A stretch of 64,000 bases of DNA from Macrostomum lignano (lineage: Eukaryota). The notes beneath the pieces were generated by a model. It did not search any database, was not told where the DNA came from, and worked only from the letters and a program-made list of their open reading frames with translations. Shown here piece after piece: positions 47,380-64,000 of this stretch. The DNA is taken from the NCBI GenBank assembly GCA_002269645.1, contig NIVC01000244.1:1-64000 (forward strand), written 5' to 3'. A program made the position numbers and the translations under genes. Position 1 is the stretch's first letter. Each line of letters opens with the position of its first letter.

Positions 47380-49044
47380 TGATTGCTGCAGAATCTGCTG
47401 CCGCTTCTGCGTTTGCTCTTCTCCAAGTCTGCAAGCAACCGCAGCTCCGTGAGCATCCCAAGAGTTTGATCTGGAGAATTTGTGCTCAGATCTGCAATTA
47501 TGGCAGTGAAAAAATCATATAACTGAACGTTGAACTTGTTGTTGCTTAGGAAACTATAAATTAAATATTAAACTAAATTTGAATTTGGCAACTGCCATGA
47601 AAAATTGTACTTAGCCTCTGATACCAGATTGGTCAAACCAAGGTTTCATTAGCGATTTAAATTTCTACACATAGAAGAATAGATACAAGAGACACATACA
47701 AACAACTCATTTTAAGTATATGGATTTAATATTTTTCATTTTAATATATATATGGGAAAATTTAAGATTTACCAATCATTTTTTTTTGTTTGGGATTTTC
47801 ACTGAATTGTTTTAAACAGCAAGGAGATTGTATATACCTTAGCATACTTCAAACATCATTGTTACACAACTGGCAAAAGGCATTACTATATATTCTACTA
47901 ACTCCCTTGAGTAGGCACACACAAAGGAATGTATAGCAACCTTCACTATATTTTTAAGGCATATACAAGTCTTGGGAGTTGTATTTCTTAGCTTTTATAG
48001 CTAAGCTAACTTGGCTTTCAAAGGCATTAATTATAACTAATTAATAACTAATTAATATAAGCAATTAGACCTAAGCCAAAATTCCAATTTAGCTTCAAAA
48101 GTAATTTGATTGCACTTTGAATTGAGCCAAGGCTACTAGCACATAAGAGGCATGCTAGAGCACTAGGTTACTAGCCACTTTTGATGTTGTCATGCTTAGT
48201 CTCTAGTTTCTAGCATAAATTGCTAGGTAGTTATAAAATTTATGACAATATATCAATTAGGATTTTATTAACAAAAAAAGTTAATGCATAAAGATTTGAT
48301 GTTAACAACAATGAATATTTTCACTTAACAACTAGTATTTTACTTAGCAAAAATCCTATTTTAATGAGAAGTATACTTTTTGCAAAAAAATTAATAAATA
48401 AATACCTAAAGCACCTTTTGCAGAAAACACGCTTTTAATCAAGTAGCATTATTGTCAAATTAAATATTACTTATTGCCAAAAAGAAAAATTTCATTAAGT
48501 GGGAAATCACTTAAAGTGACAAATAACCATTCAACATTATATTTTAAGAAATTTATATTAATAATAAACCTTTACAATTAGAAGTATAAAAAACCTAATT
48601 ATAATCCTTAAATCATAGGATTATAGAATATAAGTTTAAATCCTAAACCCAAGGCCAAAGTTTTTACTGAATTTAACTTATATATATTTATTATTAAAAA
48701 TAATATAATGCAAAAACATTAAAAATATCAATATTAAATTAAAAAATATCATTTTAAATTTGAGTAATAAGGATTAATAAATTACTTAACAAGAATAATA
48801 TAGATAAGCTATTTTCTAGGGTTTATAAGTCATTGTAAATATGATTGTAAGCAAAACTTTAATTTTATTTTAATTATTATGCTATTATTTACTTGTCTTT
48901 ATTGATTTATACTATTATTAAAATAATTTTGTTTTATTTTATTTAGCTTAACAATTCAATATAAAAATATTGATATAGTTATAGCTATAAGTCTATAAAA
49001 AAGCATTAAACTTTTATATTTCTTTAGCCATTGGGCATAGGATA

Positions 49045-49710
49045 CTAGTTGTTTTGGTGACAAGTCATTTTGGTGACAGACATTTTGGTGACAAATAGTC
49101 ATTTTGGTGACAAGTTGCTTTTGTAATAGACCACTTCATTTTTGATGAAAAAATAAAGATTTTAAGAGTATATTTATTTTAGTGATAACAGGTGCTTTAT
49201 AATATTAGCTTGAAGTTATATTGTTAAGATTTATGCTTTGTATATATATTTAAATTTTTTGCCAAAAGATTAATATTTTAAGAAAAGAAATCAAACCAAT
49301 TAGATTGTTTTATTTTTGAGCAGATTGTTTTAAATTGTCTTAGAATATTTAGACATAAACTATACTATAAACCTATAAATCCTTATGAAATGTCAACCAT
49401 AAGAAAAGCAGAGATATTCACTGGACACTGTATTATTTGGATTGGAAAACATAAATTCAAAAGATTGCAACCCTGTAATTGTAAATAAACAAAATTAAAT
49501 AAAGCAATATTTAACCATTTCAAAAAATTTTTACATTTTTAGGTTTAATATCCCTTAAGATTTGCAAGGTTATTTTCTATTTAAAAACAGAATGGCTATC
49601 ACTAAAAGGGTATTTTTCTTGTCACCAAAATGACAATTGCTTGTCACCAAAATGACAATTGCTTGTTACCAAAAAGACTATCACCAAAATGTCACCAAAA
49701 TCTAGGGGCC
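49045..49710. mobile_element. MITE-like element with multimeric inverted terminal repeats
   Basis: 4x ttttggtgaca at 49052-49113 and ~5 inverted gtcaccaaaa at 49620-49701, around an AT-rich core. Confidence 0.65.
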
Positions 49711-52700
49711 GGGCTACTAGGGCATAGTTATATTATATAATTACAAATATAAGTCATAAAAATAGTTATTTATATTCATAGTAAATATATCTCTAACTAC
49801 TATATCTTGTCTATACTATTATTATATACCATTTTACTAGCTCCAAAATCAAAATATTTAAACTTAACTTAGAATTTAAATGTACATTATATGGAGAAAA
49901 TAGACCTAGCCTAACATTTATTGCACATTATTGTAGTAGAATAGTACACTTTTTAGCATCTATTATGGATTTTACATTCATTCTCAGTTGAATTTAACTA
50001 AGAAGTGTAACCTAGGTTTAAATTTGGCACCAGAAATGCAGTGACATGTCTGCTCAGGAGTCAGGACCAGGTGACATTTGAGTCAAAAATTAAATAATAA
50101 TATTTTAGGGTCAGTTGTAGGCCTTTACCTGTCAGTCCAGCTATATACAGCACTTATAGTCATACATCAACGATCAGTGTCTTTTTCCTTAAAGCCGCTA
50201 TACGGTATCTATCTATATCTAGGCTATAGGCCATATGCCTATATGATATGATAGTGGGCTGGAGATTATTACTTACGTATGTATATGGAGAAGAAAAATT
50301 TACTTAAAAATGATTTTTATCGGGTAAAGGTATCACATTACGCCTCTTTATTCACTCTTAGAGTCTTAGATGATTCACTTATGTGATTATGTCTTGCATA
50401 GTCGTTGGAAGATCATAGTTTTGTTGATGTTTTCTGTGAAAACCGTATTTTAAAAAGTTTTAAATAACTAAAAAACAAAAGATAAGCACAATAGTAGCTT
50501 TTAGTTAAAGTTAAGAATTCTTGAATGCTTAAGCCTTTTCGTTATCATTTTATGTCAAAATTAGTTTTGCAGTTGAGCCGTATAAATTCGTAACAAAAGA
50601 AATAAAATTAAAATATCAAATCAATGCATGCAAAATTTGTTGAATTTATAGTAGGCGCTTTACTACGCACATAATATTAACACACATGCAAAAAAGTTTG
50701 AATTTCAAGTAATTGACTTTAGATGGCTACTGAAACTACTCGTATTCAAGGACGCTATTTTGAAGTGACATTTATACTAGTGCAGTTCTACTACATGTAC
50801 TTACATGTATTTAGGCGATAACGTATACTCAGTGGTGTGGTCCTGAACCGCCATTGGGCGTAGCCAAAGAGGGTCATGGGGTTCATAGCCCACAGAGACC
50901 CGACTATTGAAATTTAGAATATTGCTTTTTTAATTGTCAGCAAAATTAAATTAAGGTGATCATCGATACACGAAGAACACACGACTTAAAAGCTATAAAC
51001 CCCTCGCCTAGCCTGTGGCGCTAAGTCATTTTATTCAGTGATTCTTGCCTCACTGAAAAATACCCTGGAGCTTGATTATGTCACAGTGACATTGACTATG
51101 AGGAGTGCTATGACTGATCTTGGCTCGCGATCCCTCAGATAAAAATCCGGGTTATGCTATTGTTGACCGAATGGGACCGCGGTACATGTACGTTGTTCAC
51201 CACGCGCGACTGTCTATCTATATCCAACCACGTGATCCCTGAATTATGACTTCATCATCCATTTCATAATGTATAATGCATATACATGTATAGGTAAGGC
51301 GATAAGAGAGCCCTGCAGATCAGTCGACTATTATACAATTGTGAACAGTACATTACATGTATACGATTAATTTACATGGATACCTAAGCGTAAATACACG
51401 TGTATACATTGTGACGGGGCTGCGTTAAAACACATGTGTATAAACACATGGGCTATGGCGCTGAAAATTAATTATACAGTCCCGAGCAGCTTTTTTACGT
51501 AACACGGTGGTCCTGGACGTATCATTTTACGTATCACATATTTACATGTAAGTCGCTATTGGCTGGGAGCAGTCACGTGACTTACATGTGTGTTGCCAAT
51601 AGAAACGGCCGGGGGAATCCCTAGGTTGCGCATGTATGCTTTGTACCATGCGATACCTCGCGGTTTGCAGTTAAGCCGAATAAATTCGTAACAAAAAATG
51701 AAAGCAATTAAAATATCAAATCGATGCATGCAAAGTTTGTTGAATTTTTTTAGTATAGGCGCTCTACTACACACAGTGACTCAATATTAAAAGCTATGTA
51801 TATGCAGAATAAGTTTGAATTTCAAGTACTTGACTTGAGATGGCTATTGAAACTATTCAAGGACGCTTTTGATGAAGTGACATAGAGAAGGCCGGTTGAA
51901 TCGAACCCTAGGTTGCGCCCAAGCATGGTACAAAACAACAAAAATCGGCACGAATTGTAAATTAGACATTACCCCCCCCGTTCGGAAACAAGCAGGGTTG
52001 TGGGGTGACTATATCTACTCGTATTGCGAGACAGTGAATTGAGCGCTAGGACTCAGTTACTGTTCTTGCCTTGAATGGGTCGTGATGGATCCATGCACAG
52101 TTGAAAAACAACAGCAAAAACAGTCACTACATGTACCTCGGTATTTGGCCTTCTGTATTCGCTGTGAATAACAATAACAACAGCAATATAAAAGCAACAA
52201 CAAAAAATGACAACGACAGCTGCCCGCAATCGAAAGAGACCAAGCGCAACATTGACACACGTATAGACACAGCCCTGACTACAAACCTCTTCTTTCATTA
52301 GACTTCCATTTAAGACACGAGACGTGTAGGTATTTAGTAATACGGTTTCAATTTGCCTCAATGTAATGACTGGTTAGAAATCCCTTATTTGTTCTTGCAC
52401 AACTGTTATGGAAAACTTTACGAGGGGTGCATTTAAAACCGAATTTTTTATTCTTAGACAATGATGCAAGTGAGAACTACTTTCTAGGAAATGCAGGACA
52501 GGATTACCGTTCGCCTCAACCCAAGTCAGCTCAAATGATTACAGTGTTACATATTTGCTGAAAGTAACAAAGTAACAGCGGAGTCTTGGCTGTACTACCT
52601 ATGGCCAGTAGCCTTTCAAGGTCAGATAAACTCGTTATTAACCATGCGGCAAAAAAGCAGAAAAGGCCGAAATCAGAAGTCATAATAGGCACCTATTGCT

Positions 52701-52789
52701 TGAATTATTCCTACTAGAGCTTTAAATGATTAATTACTGTAAAAGGTTTACGAATATTTATTTTAATGGATCAATATACATTGGTAGTA

Positions 52790-53390
52790 AATAGAATAGA
52801 ATAGAAGAATAGAGAAGACGCATAGGGTTACAGAATTCTCAGAGGGGCATAGAGCAGTGTCACTCGGGGTCAGGTCAAGGTCGCTGAGTCTGTATAAGCG
52901 AGGCAGCACGGCCTTGGCCACGTCAAGCCGCTCTCGCGATGGGTGAAGCAGCGCCATCGCGAGGGGGTTGGCTTCACCGCGACCGTGCCGTCGCAGAACG
53001 TGGCCGGCGAGGGTTTGTCGCCGCCGCCGCAGGATAACGCTGAGAGGCGGAAGGCCGGTGCGCCGGTCGAGATCGCGGTTCGAGATGGTCTCGGAGAATC
53101 GGATGCCGAGTGTGTAGCGGAGAAGCGCCCGGTAGATGCCGTTTAGTGCGTTTTCCCGCGTTTTCCCGGGTGGTGGTCACCGGTATGGTTTCCAGTCCGT
53201 AGAGCAGGATCGGTTCGACTATGGCGCGGAAAAGCTTGATCTTTGCACGCCAGGCTTGTGCTTTTAGGTCCGTTATGATATCTTCAGGATTCAGGATCAA
53301 GATCAGCGCGCCCAAGTAGCGGAAGTCTTGGCAGGTTGAGATCGTTTCGCCGCTCGGAAGGCTCAGCTCGGTAGTAAATACAGCTTGTAC
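52790..53390 (-). mobile_element. Truncated RTE-clade LINE, 3' end of RT region
   Basis: Translation QDFRYLGALI...KAQAWRAKIKLFRAIVEPILLYGLETIPVT matches the RTE YLGS...KxxLFRAxVExxLLYGxE motif. A (TTCTA)n-like tail lies near 52790-52810. Confidence 0.7.
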
Positions 53391-54367
53391 ATGTATAGTG
53401 TATACAAGGACCACTGAAGTCCTAAGTAGTCCTTGAGTGTATACCGGTATTGTATCAGAAATCCATGTAATATTGCGCTAAATATATCGCAAAATTTAAT
53501 TGCCAGATTTGTTATAATCTATGCGGAATTTCTCAGATGACCAGCAGCTCAAGGGTACATGTAGAGTGCTCAGATGGTCAAGTGTTGAGGAATTAGGAGC
53601 GGGAGATGTATTTTGAATTAATCAGCAAGGTCGATTTACAAAAGGCCGGTACGCCCGGATAATAAAAAATATGTTATTGCATAGCAGCGAAAAAGATTTT
53701 TGTTTGTTTCCAGCAAACCATAATCCTGCAACCCGTGCATCACGGAATCCAGGAATTCTTGTTCTACAATTTAAGATATACATGTAAGGATAATACCCAT
53801 ATAGGCTCGATTCAGGTGTGACGTGTGATTAGCAATACCTAGATTTGGGATGGCACTCTTGGAGAATTGTTACCTATTGCGCTGATGAAAGACAATTTCT
53901 TTGTAAAACTATTCAGCAGTTCTGGTTCCGATGTCCACGAGGATCTTGCAGTGCATTGTGGACTCGCTCAAACAGCAAGTTGACGCAGGCCTGCTGTTCG
54001 CTGCATGTCTTCCAGATCGGCGACGAGCGAGTTTCCAACGCGACACTGCATCGCCTTGGCCGTCCAGACTACCTATCGCTGGCCACTTCTTCTGCGCACG
54101 AGTCGTACTGCCTGATAGTCAGGCAGGAGGTGCAGCAGCTGACGCGACTCGTCGACTGCCAGATGGCAGATCTCAAACACGGCTTTGAGATAACAGAAAA
54201 GTAGCTCGTAGTGCCAGCTTCCCAGAGCAGAAAGCTCGAATCTTATTGGCCACTGCTTCACCCTTCCCGTGGAATGCGCTGAAGAGGATAAATACCAGAC
54301 AGGAGCACAGGCTACGCAAGCTGCTTCCTTGATACAAAAGACGCCAGAACACATCGCCAGCAAAACT

Positions 54368-63574
<9,207 letters not shown>

Positions 63575-63730
63575 GCCTGCCCGGTCCGGCTGAGAGAGAG
63601 GGGGAGAGAGGACAGAAGGATCACAGATACTGGGAATAACTGGATGGGCCATTCAGGCACATATACTTAGTAAAACAGCTTTCTACTTACAGTTCAGTAG
63701 CAAAGAAGAATACATAAGCTATTTTATAAA

Positions 63731-63736
63731 AATAAA
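63731..63736 (+). terminator. Candidate polyadenylation signal of the GPCR gene
   Basis: AATAAA about 160 nt after the stop codon at 63574. Confidence 0.3.
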
Positions 63737-64000
63737 GGCAGCTGAAATGGCTTTGATAAGTTTAGAAGCCCAAGCTTGCAGGCGTAAACAACTTGCTAAT
63801 TGGTCAGCAATAATGTACATTAGCCAGTCCACTGAAATGTACATGGCAGCTTTAGGCTGGAATTCCGAGAAAGGCAATAAAATTGGGGCGGGGCGGGGGA
63901 GGGGTAGTGCGGAAAGGCGCGGTTAGATGCTTTAAGCTGGGGGTAAAGCTAATAAATGAGCCTTGGCTTTAAAAATACATTAAAATGCTTCAGTTTAACT

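Overview
Eukaryotic (animal) genomic DNA. GC-rich, low-complexity exons are separated by introns packed with minisatellites; the style resembles a free-living flatworm such as Macrostomum (inference only). Four protein-coding loci can be built from GT-AG splice sites with consistent phases. (1) A + strand gene at 1188-9084 with two ZSWIM3-N/FAR1-like (MULE-type WRKY/GCM1 fold) Zn-finger modules and ankyrin repeats; its first exon carries several 1-nt frameshifts. (2) An orphan - strand gene with a TATA box and one C-terminal TM helix (first exon 15529-16315). (3) A 9-exon par-3/bazooka orthologue on the - strand (21453-47379) with CR1 and three PDZ domains. (4) A 14-exon GABA-B-receptor-like class C GPCR on the + strand (54368-63574, about 743 aa). 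The 15.6-kb third intron of par-3 holds a 5.8-kb TIR (CACTA/EnSpm-like) element containing a very homogeneous 58-bp double-hairpin array. The window also has two RTE LINE fragments, two tRNA-derived SINE families, MITEs, more than 20 distinct tandem arrays and two sharply bounded CpG-depleted blocks. There are no prokaryotic features, CRISPR arrays or credible rRNA/tRNA genes. Most long ORFs in the supplied track are artefacts of repeats.
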